Assembly: GCF_964204645.1 (NCBI RefSeq)
Contig: NC_134029.1
Location: 8,334,850 to 8,398,849 of the forward strand
DNA length: 64,000 bases
Direction: 5' to 3'
Origin: Tubulanus polymorphus
Lineage: Eukaryota; Animalia; Nemertea
In this document: piece by piece, positions 12,381 through 25,627 of the stretch
Layout of the letters: every line of letters starts with the position of its first letter
Numbering within the stretch: the stretch's first letter is position 1
Program-made: the position numbers and the translations under genes
The notes under the pieces: generated by a model
The model's database searches: none
Told to the model about the DNA's origin: nothing
The model's input: only the letters and a program-made list of their open reading frames with translations

Positions 12381-14125
12381 CTAATGTTTTTCACGATTAG
12401 TTTCCCATATACGAAATAGATTTGCCCAAACTCTATCTACACGGTCGACATTACACAGCACTTGCGTATTTGTCGACGCGGTTTTTTAGTACGTAGAACC
12501 AGCGCGCAGAAGAGATTTTAATGCCATATCGACGTGAGTCACCGAGATGAAGAGACACAGAAACGGAGGGAGTAACGAGAGGGAAAGAGCCGTCGCCAGC
12601 GCGCTGAAGGAGATCCGGGAAACCAGTAAAAAATCATCGTCTTTAACCCTTACTCGTCGTGAGTCAGCGTGATGACTGCAAACGGGAAACGGTACGGGGA
12701 AGCGGGCCGGGGAATCGATGAGACCAACCAGGGATGAAAACAATAAGCGCGAGAAACTCGGGCGCAAAGTACCTGACTTGAAATACTTAGGACTGTCACG
12801 CCGCGCAAACTGACTGCCAGTCAACAGAAGAATTCGAGCTTGGATCTACAAACCGTAACTGTCAAAGAAATGAATGAAGGACATGAAAACTTCCCAACAT
12901 AGGCAAACGTTGTGGGTCGCGTTCTCAATTCGTTTCACATTTTTCTAATAAATGGTAATCCTGCCAGGGTAGGAAATGCTTCCTAACCTTTTTAATATTT
13001 CTCGTTGGGTTAAAAACGCGCTTGCGTTATCGAGGCTATTAGACTCATCGATAAGGGGTTAACGTTGATAGTTTTACGTCGACGAAGGTAAGGAACAACA
13101 GACTCTGATTCATACAGTGCACAGCGCGCTATGACTCAAAATATCGTCGCTATATGACACAAATACAGGACAGGACGCCGGGAAATCAAATATCTCGCGT
13201 TTCGTTACGCTTCGGAGCTCGATCGACGAGAGTTCAACCGACCTAAACCCCTGAATGAACGAGAAGCTCTTAACTAACACCGTTATGACTAAAACAGTAA
13301 ATTGTGCGAACTCGTCTTTTTAATTGTTTTCGGTTTCCTGAAGACGCGCCGAGTGGTTCTTCATGACATCGCGAAGATACAATATCATCGGTATGAAATG
13401 AATGACAATATGAGTCAGAAAAGATTTACTACATCGAACAATATTAATCATGGACATATTCGTGGCTTGGGCTGAATTGACCCCCAAAAGAGCCGCAATC
13501 ATACACGGAGACGATTTGGCTTGGGTGAAACAAATCAGAGCCTTTGCTCTGGAAACCCTCACTTGTATAGTAATAGGCTCAGCAGGGTTTCCATGTGACC
13601 ACGACGAAAAGTGTCGATACCTCGCATTTCACTTTTTTTTTGGTAGAAAACGCTGATGACCGACACAGCTAGCAAGAGCACGCTAGAATCTTAATAGCAC
13701 TAGCGCCGGGTGTCGGTGTCTTGATTGCTCTCTTGATCATTTCTACTTGAGTAAGCGCCCGGCAGACACTCGACGAAATCAATGTTCGTTCGTATATCAG
13801 GTACCAATCACGCCACCGAACTTGTCGCGCCCGCTTCGCCGCCATTACAACAGGATATCTGCATCGGCGGAGCATTTTATGCGCTATTGCACTTCAAAAT
13901 AGCAACGCGCTTAATTATTTCTCGAACAAGGCGACAGAGAACGAGGGATACGTCGTCTGTCAACGAACGAACGAACGGAACAAGTGTTTGTGCGGCTGTG
14001 TGTATTCCTTTTTCAAGGTCCTTCATCACAGGTGGCGATGGTAACTCTAAGGATGTCGCCGTAGTCCATCTTCGGTTATCAGAGTTAGTCGAATGTTTGC
14101 GAAATGTCAGTCAGTTCGTTGGAGT

Positions 14126-14494
14126 TAATCTATCGATAATCCCGCGATGATAACCAAAAAGTATTAAGTCCGAAAATGTTTCCTTGAGCTAGTAGTTTAT
14201 TCAACGTTTCAACTATATTCTAATGGTCAACATTTCGACTATATTCTTACAGTCATATTCAAGAATACCATTAGAATATAGTCGAAACATCGGATGAACT
14301 ACTAGCTCAAGGAAACATTTTCGGTCTTGATGTTATTTTCTGGTTATCATTGTGGGATTCTCTACATTATTGAGTATAGTCCAAAGTATTACTGAAGATG
14401 ACTATTAGAATAAAGTAGAAATGTCGAATGAACTACTAGCTCTAAGCAACATTTTCGGACTTTTTGTTATCATTGCGGGATTCTCTATAGATTA
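14126..14494. mobile_element. Penelope-like element remnant: one inverted plus two tandem terminal-repeat units
   Basis: TAATCTATCGATAATCCCGCGATGATAAC...CCGAAAATGTTTCCTTGAGCTAGTAGTT is the reverse complement of units at ~14270-14366 and ~14390-14494; the units carry hammerhead-like cores. Confidence 0.7.
14386..14430 (+). ncRNA. Decayed minimal type I hammerhead ribozyme motif
   Basis: GTATTA-CTGAAGA-T-GACTAT-TAGAAT-AAAGTA-GAAA-TG-TC-GAATG. Sister units supply ATAGTC-GAAAC and a TATTC stem I, giving a complete consensus. Confidence 0.55.
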
Positions 14495-16112
14495 TCGTCA
14501 TAACATGGATATAGTGTTTTATCAATGGTTAGCCTGAGTTACAGTATGAAAACAGCAAACCACACGAGTGAGCACGGTCGCTGCGGCTCAGATCTAGTTC
14601 CAAGATGGCTGACGCCATGCAAATTCATAGCACAAAAGCGCGTGCGACGATTAGCTGCGTCTAGGCGATACATTCGTACGTATGGCGTGAAAACTTAATT
14701 TCGCGGAAAGGATAATTCTACTTTTCCAGAAAAATACGTTTGTCGTTGCGTCTTTCGAATATCCGATGACAGCGTAGGATCAAGGGATGCAGCGTTTGGC
14801 GTCGTCGTGGCTGTCACGCGTCGTCTCATAATACGATACATCGTCGTCGCGAACTAGATAGACCTAGTCACTAGAAGCGGTACTGGCGCCACCGTCGAGG
14901 ACACCACGAAAATCTCTTTCTATCGCATACAATTCAAGTAAACCTTGCCGCCGGCCAAACAGCGACAATTGACTCATCAGATGTACACGGCGCTCGCGCG
15001 CGATATACGTCTGACTAGTCGGAATAAACAGTGCGCCTCTAATATTCCGCTTTGGAACATCTTCGATATTGCTACTTAACTCTTCTAGTTTCTCGAGAGC
15101 TTGTTGGGTATAACGCGCGCGCGCTGTGTTATTTTTTGCTCTCACTGTCTCCGGCAGACTAACGTATTTACACATTTACATAAGATGAACATACATGGAA
15201 AACAAGGAAACCGTCGACTACTGGTTTTACTTGAAATTCAGAATCGAATAAGCTAAATATCCGCACGGATGGTGCTTCTACACCGAAAAAAAAGAAAAAA
15301 CACTCGGATTCGGGAATTTGATGAAAAAAATTCTGATAAACTGATATACCTATAATGAAATATTTGAAAATATATCTAATACGGCATAGTTTAATTAAAA
15401 AACAAAATATGTAATGGGCTAGCAAAAAACTATATATGTATACATACATATATATCGCTAAACTGTGCCATTATAGATTTTCACTTTGCGCGCGATTTAT
15501 TATGATGCACATGAGTGGCTCGCTGAAAAACCGATACTGCGTATATCGGTATGATATTGGCGGCTGCATTCCGTTAAATTTTTCTACGGTACGACGTCTG
15601 TTGGCATACCGCTCTCTACGGCGATCATAGCGCCATTATAAACTACAGTACTCGACCATGACGTACGGCATAAACGGATCCCGGCATAACCACGATCACA
15701 ATAGAACCCTATATTCGATATTGCAGATGGATATGGTATAGTGTCAGAAAGCATGGCATACATGAGCCAAAAAAGTGGTATGGTGCGATGAAGCCTTATT
15801 GAGCATGGTAATTTCATGGTGTTACTCTGGTTAAGATTATCAACGCCACAACAAAACCAACAACATAAAGTTCGGTACGGCTTGGTACATATGAAGTATG
15901 GTACAACCATGCTCAAGCATTATCGAGCATGACCAAAGATTCATACGAATTCCATCTGACTAGACTTGAATGTTTTTTTGCTAAAGTGCCGAAGTACTTG
16001 TATACCATGATGATTTTCCAATACTGTCATGAAGTGTGGCGCTACATTCTAAAACTATTGTTCTACCACAGCACAGAGTATGTACTAGTCATCCGTAATA
16101 TACAATACTATA

Positions 16113-16470
16113 CAATACTATGAAATATGGTATTACAGGATTGTACAGCTAACAGAACACTCTGCATTACTATGAAATATGGTATTACAGGATTGCACAG
16201 CTCACACAGTACTCAACAATACTATAATATGTATGGTATTACGCGATAGCACAGCTCACACAATACTCTCTGCATTATTATGAAATATGGTATTACAGGA
16301 TTGTACAGCTTACACAGTACTCTGCAATGCTATGAAATATGGTACTACATGATTGTGTAGCTATCAATAATACTCTGCAATACTGTGAAATATGGTATTA
16401 CACGATTTAAAGCTTATACAATACTCTGGTAAACTATGAAATATGGTATTACAATAATTGTATGGCTCAT
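16113..16470. repeat. Diverged minisatellite, ~52-bp unit, ~7 copies
   Basis: TATGAAATATGGTATTACAGGATTGTACAGCT... starts at 16119, 16171, 16279, 16331 and 16435, with variant units between. Confidence 0.9.
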
Positions 16471-19100
16471 ACGGTATATGGCACGACAAAACTTATATCT
16501 TACTTAATCTTACTTAACTAATAATCTTTCCAATTGCATGGGTTACTCCAATCTAAAATCTAGGCCCAACCTCAATTATAACGCATGAAAATATCAAATT
16601 TAGTAAATTTAGTAGAAAATGGGTGTGCTGGTATAGAGTAATACGTTTGTCATGATCAAACTATCAAATACGTTATTCGATGGTCATTTAATCAACCAGT
16701 TCAGTTCTAGCTGTACGTTTTCATAAACGGAAAAGCTCGCTGACGTAGATGGAGTCTGGCACTAAATATGGTCGAAGGGATGGTCGTTGCAATGAGTAGC
16801 GGCATTGCTATATATCCCGTCGTGACAAATGAGACTGAAGATTAATCTGTGATCAGATACTCAGACCTGCGATCAAAACAAATTACATTTTGACAGAAGG
16901 AAATTGGTACACGTTTTTCATTGTAGGCTATTTAACGGAGTCGTGCTGTTATGGAAATGAAAGATAACTGTGGACGACCGGTCGATGCATATACGCGCGC
17001 GCATTCAATATGTCAGATCTCGATCCGACGGAGGGTTTCAGTCGAAATTCCATCGATTCTCGGCTGCATCTACGTCTCGTCTCGTCGAAATAATCTCGTA
17101 ATACGAACGCATGAGACGGATTCCAGTCGAGCTGCAGGTAAATCTAGGCTAAGCTAGTTTTGGTCGCATCGATCTTAGAGTAATCGTTCGACTACTCCAA
17201 GTATCAACCAAACTGATGAATACCCACTAATGCGATAAGTATCATTCATTAAAAAAGTTTAAGAAATCTGAAGCATTTTTGGACTTAAAAACTGGCCTTG
17301 AACTATGTACACTGATATTGGAGGTGTTTTACAAATGGCCGCCTGGAAGCTATCATTTCTTTACTCTACTATTCAAAAAGGCTTATTCCGACGTAATTGA
17401 ACTGATTTTCTTTTTTCTAAGTGATAAGATAAAGTAAAGTAATCGCAGAAAACTGAATACGAAAACTAGGATGAACTCCCGAAGGTGTGTACCATCTCTT
17501 CAAAGATTTGAAAGAAGTTCATCTTCCAGCTTTGATGAACAAATCAGTTTTGAGGTTAGGTTTTCGAAAACTGTCTATTTTCGTCGACTTGATTCTGCAA
17601 ACGAAAACAACAAACATTTCGTACATGGCTTCGCGCCGCAAACAAGACGCGTAGGTAACAATCGCGTACTTACATACGCCCGCAATCTGTGAACACAAGC
17701 GGCAATTGTTTTCTAGCGTAACGGATTCTTAACGTACAAGACATGTACATCGCAAATACGGTTAGCGATGTTACGGCAAACATTGTCTACGTAAATGAGA
17801 TTAACGCTCACTAAAACCTTTCGACGCAACACACACGACGATAACGACTCTCTTCGACTCCTCATTTCGACTCGTGTGTGAGTGTGGCGCGCAAGACGAT
17901 TACTTGAAGCTTTCTGTCAGTTGAAGCACTGATTATTGGTTTAGATACTTAAGCATCATTGAGTTAACCGATTCAGGTGCTCGTTGATATCCGCGATGCA
18001 GCGCCGCCACCGAAAATTGCGGCCCTTTCGGCGTCGAGCGTGTTTCGACATGATCAGTTTCGACATTATCAGTTTGAAGATGTAGGCCTACATTATAGCA
18101 TAAGTAATAAGTTACGTGTGGCAAACATTGAAATATTTCATATCGGATCGTTGTTCCATGATTGTGTTCAAAACCATAAAATAAAGGACCATGCATTTCA
18201 GTTTCGAGCGCAGATTTGTTCTGGAATTAGTAATGTATGATGGAATCCTAGTGCAAAACGCAACGGTAATAAGCAGGTTCAACTATGATGATATGCATGG
18301 TACCCGTAATGGGTTTTCCCATGACTCACTAACGCATATGGCAGAACGATCAATACTGTTTTTTCTATATACATTGAACTTGGATGCTGGAGGGTTCTCC
18401 CAGTGATGTCATTATCAAGAAACGAGGTCAAGCAACGATTAGTAGAATGTAGACAAAATTCGTTGAAATTTTGCGCATTTTCTCCCAGTACGTCGGAACG
18501 GCTAAGCGCTGATGGACGAAACTTTCCATATTAATTCCAACACCTATTTCCCTCCTAATGAAAAACTATCAGCTGTGTATATCCAGTGGTTACAATTTGT
18601 GCCAACAAGACTCATCTCATATCAGTTTTATAGGGATTCATGTTTTCAATGGGATCGCAAATGAGGTTTGGCCAGGCCGCTATGCTATTCTTTATTCGCT
18701 CTTCCGCCATACATTTCAATTAAAATCGAATCAATTTTTCACCAAATCATATCAGTTATCATAGAAAACGAAACGCAATTTTATGTATATTTGGCGAATC
18801 ATGTGAAATTACGATAATATTTGGATTCAGGAGCCTGAAAAATCCAATTCGAAGTTCATTTATCATCATATATTATCATCAATTATATCATTGTCTACTA
18901 TCAAAGAAGGCCATAAGCCTTATGCTTATATACAGACGGCCTATTTAGTTTTGATATCCAAAGGACTCATTTTGACTAATTGCTAATCATAAATGTTAGT
19001 TAGTTAATGTTAATTAGGATTAACTTCAATGTTAAATGTAACTAGCCTTAATCTAATGACTAGTCCAGTTCAATACAGCAGTGAATGAATATGCTTATAC

Positions 19101-19132
19101 CATGGACGTATTAACTAGTTTACACGTCCATG
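19101..19132. repeat. 32-bp near-perfect palindrome with flanking direct repeat (possible minimal MITE)
   Basis: CTTATAC|CATGGACGTATTAACTAGTTTACACGTCCATG|CTTATAG. Confidence 0.6.
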
Positions 19133-19415
19133 CTTATAGTTTCTAGTCATATTAGTTGAAACTGAATGATAAATGAGACTGATATAAAATCTGGGACTCA
19201 GTTGTTCCACATTGTCGCGGTTAAATTTATACCCTAAATAATTAATTTCTAATGCTGTGTTAATTTTAAAACTGATAAATGTACGGCTGAGTCGACTGTT
19301 GAGTCAGATTTCAAATAATCATGAAATGCGATGATGTCATTCACTCTGAGGAATGGTTTTATTACAGACCGGACTGGTAATAACTATAAACCCAGGGCTA
19401 ACTGGATTAACTAGA

Positions 19416-19684
19416 AGGTGTGTTCACACTACCACAACTTAGACCGGTCCATATCTGGAACGTGTCAAATTTTATAACGGACCAAATCAGAGTGTGACTA
19501 TTGATAGTAATTACTGGCTCCGCAAGATGTCACCCATGAGCATTTTACCCTGGAATTCATATGTATATGAAAGATTTACGAGTCCCTGGCTGTTACTAAT
19601 TTCAAAATTTTGATGACTGCAGTTTATCATATATCTGGACACATCAGTTTGATTTGGAACGGACTTTTGCTAGTGTGAAGCCTT
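19416..19684. mobile_element. MITE with TTCACACTAG-type termini (family M5)
   Basis: GTGTTCACACTACCA ... TGCTAGTGTGAAG inverted ends; internal GGAACGGACC-like motifs shared with the 21653, 33450 and 34195 copies. Confidence 0.5.
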
Positions 19685-20614
19685 GGTCCGGTACTCGATT
19701 GGAACGGGCCGAATTTCTAAATAACGTAGTGCGAATGCGGATTATGACTTCAGTTAACCGAATCAGCTGCTATGATTCGAAAACATTTCTCAAAATATAT
19801 CTATCCAAACCGATTGCAAAACATAGTCCAATTTTTGGATAAAGGTGGGCTTCTTTTGTTTTGACTAACAAAGGTTTGTTTTCATTTCCACAGCCCACGG
19901 ATAATTTGAGGAGAGAGAGAGAGGCAGATAGACACACACACACACACACACACATAGAGAGGAGAGACCAGGTGGGCTGATGTGTACGCTAATAACGACT
20001 ACTACGTAGGATGAGTTGGTTTTCATGTTAAGTCTCTCCCATACACCATTTGATATACCATTGATTACCGGCAGGCAGGCAGTTACATTTCACGATGATA
20101 TGCTAAATGGTAATGAACTTAGAAATTCAGAGTCTCTCTATCAGCCGTTGTCAGCCCCTAGATATGTCAAAGATTAATGCATCAGATAATTTGATGACGG
20201 GGTTGTTCGCCGGGCTGCTGCTGTTGCTGCTGTCACTATCACGATTGGCCCCTAAACTTAAAATTTCTCCCAGGTTCCGATGGATTACACACAGGGTTTC
20301 CCGGTGCATTTCGTACGAGACAGACAAATGCGCGGTGGGCGTCCGGAAAACTGGCTTTCCACCGAAAGGATATCAACGACAATGGGAATATTCTGAAAAT
20401 GACACCCGCGATGTGAACGTCGCTTAAATATTGATTCCGTCTCTAAATCTAGTTTTTTAGAGGGATTTGTAAAATAACCCGTGACGAATGAACCAGACTC
20501 AGGATGATTTCGGATGAATTTCGTTGAATTATTAAAATATGCTAGGTTTGCTGATCTTTGTTTTGAAATACGGCAGGCTTACCTTACGGGAAATGCCTAC
20601 GATGAATAAAGCCC

Positions 20615-20870
20615 AACGCACACGTCACAGGGAAACACAACCATGTTTCTCGTCTCCGGTGAACGCACACGGCACAGGGAAACACAACCATGTTTCTCGT
20701 CTCCGGTGAATGCACACGACACAGGGAAACACAACCATGTTTCTCGTCTCCGGTAAACGCACACGGCACAGGGAAACACAACCATGTTTCTCGTCTCTGG
20801 CGAACGCACACGGCACAGGGAAACACAACCATGTTTCTTGTCTCTGGTGAACGCACACGGCACAGGGAAA
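20615..20870. repeat. Minisatellite, 47-bp unit, ~5.4 near-identical copies
   Basis: CACAGGGAAACACAACCATGTTTCTCGTCTCCGGTGAACGCACACGG starts at 20626, 20673, 20720, 20767 and 20814, with a partial unit at 20861. Confidence 0.95.
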
Positions 20871-21652
20871 TGCTCGTTTACCCAGACAGTATTCGGCGTT
20901 CTCATAGTTTGCCCAGCTGCTCAAAGGGGCACCAAGAGAGCGATACCCGTGACAAATTTTGAAATAAAGCGTCGAAAATCCTACTCTATACCATGATGGT
21001 GGTAGTGGTGGAAATGCCTTTTATTAAATCATTGACAAAATTGTAGGATACTGAAAATTACCAGACCATATTTCAATATACCGTTTCGTACAGACGTGAC
21101 AACATCGAGAATCTCTTCACGTATATCATCGTCATGGCGATGAAGCATAGTCCAGTCTAGTGAAAAAAAAAAAACAAAGTGTATTTTTCAAAATCGCTTG
21201 CTAAAACATGTAGTCGTAAATATGTCATAAATTCAGTTCATCGAGGTGGTTTGGACCAGTTGTCAGCATCAAGCTGGGGGTTTATACCTAGAACATAACG
21301 ACTGGTCTCAAGAGATCCCAAGGCGTATTTCGAACACTTCACTAACGCATGATGTCATGTCATGAATTCAGTTCGTTGTGGTTGAAACTGGTTGCAAGAG
21401 AGTTGATTAAGCCGGACATGTCTAGACCTAGAATATATTCTACCACTGGCCTCAAGATACCCAAGAGCTAGCTTCTTGATAATTATCACAAAAATGACTA
21501 TAAAATTCATATGAACCAACATCATTCGCTTCAAATGAGATCAATTCCAACATCATACAAATTGTTTGATGCACTTTCAGACTTAAACTACATAAGTCTA
21601 TTTCCCACCTATGCAGGTCTAAATTTGATCTATTCCAATTCATAACGGACCA

Positions 21653-21815
21653 AGCATTCACACTAGTGGAAAGTCTGTTCTAAATTGACCCGTTCCATAT
21701 TTGGACTGACCTAAAAGACCGATCCAGGTCTGTTCGAAATTTAAGAACGGACTAAATCGATGTTTGCGGACTTCCAGGTCGGTTTCGGAATCATGATGAC
21801 GTGGTATGAATTCAA
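21653..21815 (+). mobile_element. MITE family M5, partial
   Basis: AGCATTCACACTAG...TATTTGGACTGACCTAAAAGACCGATCCAGGTCTGT aligns with 34195-34378 (+) and ~33450-33614 (-). Confidence 0.7.
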
Positions 21816-22609
21816 TTCGCACAACTTAAATCGCTAACAATTCAACAATCTTAATAGTCAACCTGACTTAGGCTTAACTCATCGCGTGAACGTTTAACAC
21901 AAGTTAACTGATGAGAAACACCGTCCTTAATATACGATATGCATCTCAATGATACAACAGATTAACTTTCAAACAAAGGCATCGAAATAGGAACATTAAG
22001 ATTAAGCATGTAAGGACTTTTATCGAAATCAGCGCGCATCATCAACGAGAACTCTTTCAATCTCACGACGAGGCTGAAATCTTTTGTCAAATATTACATT
22101 CCCCCTGTATATCGCTTCACACGCTGCTAATAGCCTCTTTTGTAATTATGCAAATTTCGCAAACAGATAGGCAGATAAGAACCGTACATGTGCCCCCATC
22201 TCTCCCATCTCGCGAGCGCAAGTCAATGAGGAATGATGTTCACCGGTAAAAAAAAAATACTATAGTCGATTAGAAGCAGTGGCGCTACGAAGCATGAAAA
22301 TTGTAAGGTGCGCTGTCAACGTGCCTGCGATGATAAACGGGAGGCAGTTAATGAGTTGATTAATTACGATCAGTCATTAGTGTTCGAATTGATTGCAGAC
22401 GAAGAGTCGAGTCGCAGCATGCGTCGTAGTCGTCGTGCTTAATGACACTTTTTGCGCGGCCCAGATCATCGCATCGCGAGCGCATAGATCGCGTCGATAC
22501 GGCGCGATGCCCGCTTAGTCGACGTGACACTAGTTAAGGTATATACGCGATGAGCGCGCTTGTTTATTGGGTTGACTGCGATCAATTATGAGAACTTACT
22601 GAAATACTG

Positions 22610-22718
22610 GGCCCGGTTTTATAGACTGATATTACCTTTAACCCGGGGGCTAACTCAACTCATTTTCAATTGAGTTAGCCCCCGGGTTAAAGGTAATACC
22701 AGTCTATAGAACCAGCCG
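22610..22718. mobile_element. Foldback MITE, 49-bp arms, CTG target duplication
   Basis: CTG|GGCCCGGTTTTATAGACTGATATTACCTTTAACCCGGGGGCTAACTCAA-loop-TTGAGTTAGCCCCCGGGTTAAAGGTAATACCAGTCTATAGAACCAGCCG|CTG. Confidence 0.9.
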
Positions 22719-24189
22719 CTGCAGTTCAATGACCGAAAAACGGCAATACAAATTTACACAAATGCTATTGTTTCATTCCTTACGTTTCAGGTGGAATCCT
22801 TTCACCCATCTTCCGAGTTTATTTAAAGAAACTTTGAAGATACCCAAAATGTAAGGTATAAAACAATAGCTGTTTCAGACAAGCACTTTTGGTGGGTTCG
22901 TGCCTGACGCGCTCGCTGTGCCATCATAACAGGCTACAAACACGTGTAAATAGTGACCCAATATTAGATATGCACCCCTTTTTCCAAAAGCTAGATCCGC
23001 CCTTTCATGAGAAAACATCAATCATATTTCTTGTCTCTGCTGTTACATCTGGCTTGGCGAGTTGCATTTCGCAAATTGTTTCGACAAACTGAACAACATT
23101 CATTCAATAATAACGACAACTAAATACGATTTTGATTCAAAAAAAAAAGACGCTGATTGATTATTAAAAGATTCTAAACGGGGCTATAAAACGTTATCAC
23201 CGTAATCCGGTTTTAATGAACTAACGAGCCAGGGTCGTATGAATAAACTTTGAATGAATTACGATTTCAGATATTGAATATCGTTGACGACGACATCTTC
23301 GCGTGCGTAATTTACATGTATCAATATATCATAAATCCTCGTGTATATCATTCGAGGCTATTAACTAAGACTCGAGCAAAGATTCGAGATCGTCGCAGTC
23401 ATCCGAAATCGATTCCGATCGATAGCCTTTGATGATGATACATAATACGCCGTATAATCATATTTCAATGGGCAACCTTGGAATATATGATTGGATATTA
23501 TCTTACACGAATACGCTGTACACGGGCAGTCAAAACATCACGTATAGCGCTGCGCAGGATTCCGCGAGGACCGCGTTCTTCAATCTTGCAAGACGAGACA
23601 CTACGCAATGAGACAATGCCAATTTACCGATACACCCGTGTACATATACTAGTAGCAGCAGTGCGCCTCAGCGGCATATTCTAATATTGACAATTTAAAC
23701 ATCAGTCCCGGGCAAACGAAGACATGGTTTGTCAATTATGCCGAGGTTGATACTAGTTCAGAGGTGACTAAACAAACAATCGCCTGTAGTAGTAGTTGAA
23801 GCTAATAGATTAAAACAACAGAATACACTAGCCATCTGCCATGATTCGGCGCTGAGTCTCGTGAAGTCGTACTCAGAACCCGGGTCGACCTTAATTCAAA
23901 GCAATGTCACTATAGAGAATCGATCGGCTGCCGATAGCGCAATAAGTTCACCGGACAGACTGATTCGCGGTGACTCTGGATCTGAGTAAAAACTAACGTC
24001 GGATTTAGTTTCTATTGATTTTCAAAACATTTCAACTAAAATTGCAAGTGAAACCTATATGCGTCAGACTGAAATTCCCAAAAGAATGCCTGGTATCTAG
24101 TCCCAAAGGTCTTTGTGTTAAATAACTCTAAATCAAAGTTACAATTATACTTTATTGAATTCATCTTAACTCGATGAGTCAAATTCAAA

Positions 24190-24520
24190 GTAGTGGCCAC
24201 ATGGTTTAAGCCGTCAGTCGCTAGTCTTGTCAATCTAGGGTTCACAGGTTCCAATTTTGGTGACAGGTGAGCTCCTTAATGCAAACTTTCTTCTGTGGTC
24301 TCTCTCCCCTTAATAAAAGAACATTCAACCCACTGATAATGCCCTGCATAGAGCGCTGCGGGTTAAGGATTCAGTCCATTGCTGCTACCTCCAAATGCGG
24401 AACTTAACTATTGAAAAAGGTGCTTCCACGAAATGGGGAGGGCATCCTGCCAACTGCTGTGGTACAAATCCCTCCCATGGTGCTCCAATAACCATCTCGA
24501 CCCAAACCCTGTGAGCGAGA
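24190..24520 (+). mobile_element. Possible degenerate tRNA-derived SINE
   Basis: A-box-like TGGCCACATGG then TTTAAG, B-box-like GGTTCCAATTT ~50 bp downstream, followed by a CpG-poor body. Single copy here, so unconfirmed. Confidence 0.35.
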
Positions 24521-25369
24521 AAGTCAGAATGCTCAATTACTAAATGATGAAACCGTTGAAATCAGTGATACTAATGAACAGATAAAACCATCAAATTGAC
24601 TGCTTGTATATATACGCCCATAACTGCCCACATCTTCGGCAGTCATATTTACACACTTATGATTGATGTATGAACCCATCAGGCTCGTTAATCCTGGTGG
24701 ATCAAGGTCTATCGTCGCATTCATCGAGGATAGGCAATATCATATGTATCGAATACTACCGGTGGTGGTGGAAGTGGTGGTGGTGATGATGATGTCATGC
24801 TGAAATTGTAATACCAATACAGCCGGTCTTCTACTACTACGGCGAGCATAGATAATTCTCAAATTCAAATTAACGCAGGCTATAGAGTTGCCTCGAGGGA
24901 CCCATGTGGAGCGATGATCGGAATTCGCCGCTAATGAGTGAATGTTGACGCGATAGATGCGATACCGTCACGCAAACATCAGACAATGGCGGGCATCGCA
25001 CTGCGAACGCCGGAACGCTGGAAAAATGTCACAAGCACAGCTTTACTTCACAGAATATGGTACGCGATTGCTGAAGCCTAAAAAATTCTAAAAGCTAGCA
25101 TACGCAGCAGGAAATAAACCCCCGCACGCACGCGAAACGGACTTGCGCCGCTATTGCGCAAAGTGAAACTGCGTTTCGGTAAACATGTTTCGTGTTTCAG
25201 AGCAATGCACGCAGTGATGAACAAAACCAGTTTGTGTTTCATGTTTTTGGTTGAGGCCTCAATGTGTGCTGAGCTTAAAACCAGGGAGGTGCAGGAGAAA
25301 CTTATCTCGATTAACTCATCTAGTTTGTGCCAGGGGACAGAAGTGGCTAGGTTCGGAATCTTTGATTAT

Positions 25370-25627
25370 AGCCACGATTACACGAAGGCCTAATTAGAGA
25401 GCGCTTTTACATAAACTGCTCACTATATGCGAAAAAAGTTAAGTGAGTCACTTACAGAACCAGCAATTCACATGCAATAATTATTTGACCCGTGCTAAAA
25501 TTTGGCTCGGGCTTGGTCCATTGTTTTTGGTTAGGGTCCAAACAGACATGGGTCAATTCGGCAACCGTGTGAATAGTTGGTCCGGGCCTAATTTGGCACA
25601 GGCCAAAATGCCCACATAATCATGGCT
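25370..25627 (-). mobile_element. MITE family M1, internally deleted
   Basis: TAT|AGCCACGATTACACG ... CATAATCATGGCT|TAT; body is the reverse complement of the 7224 copy. Confidence 0.8.

Noticed and set aside
20584-20996. Repetitive Cys-rich ORFs
   Set aside because: They are translations of the 47-bp minisatellite; the unit length is not a multiple of 3 and all frames give the same peptides.
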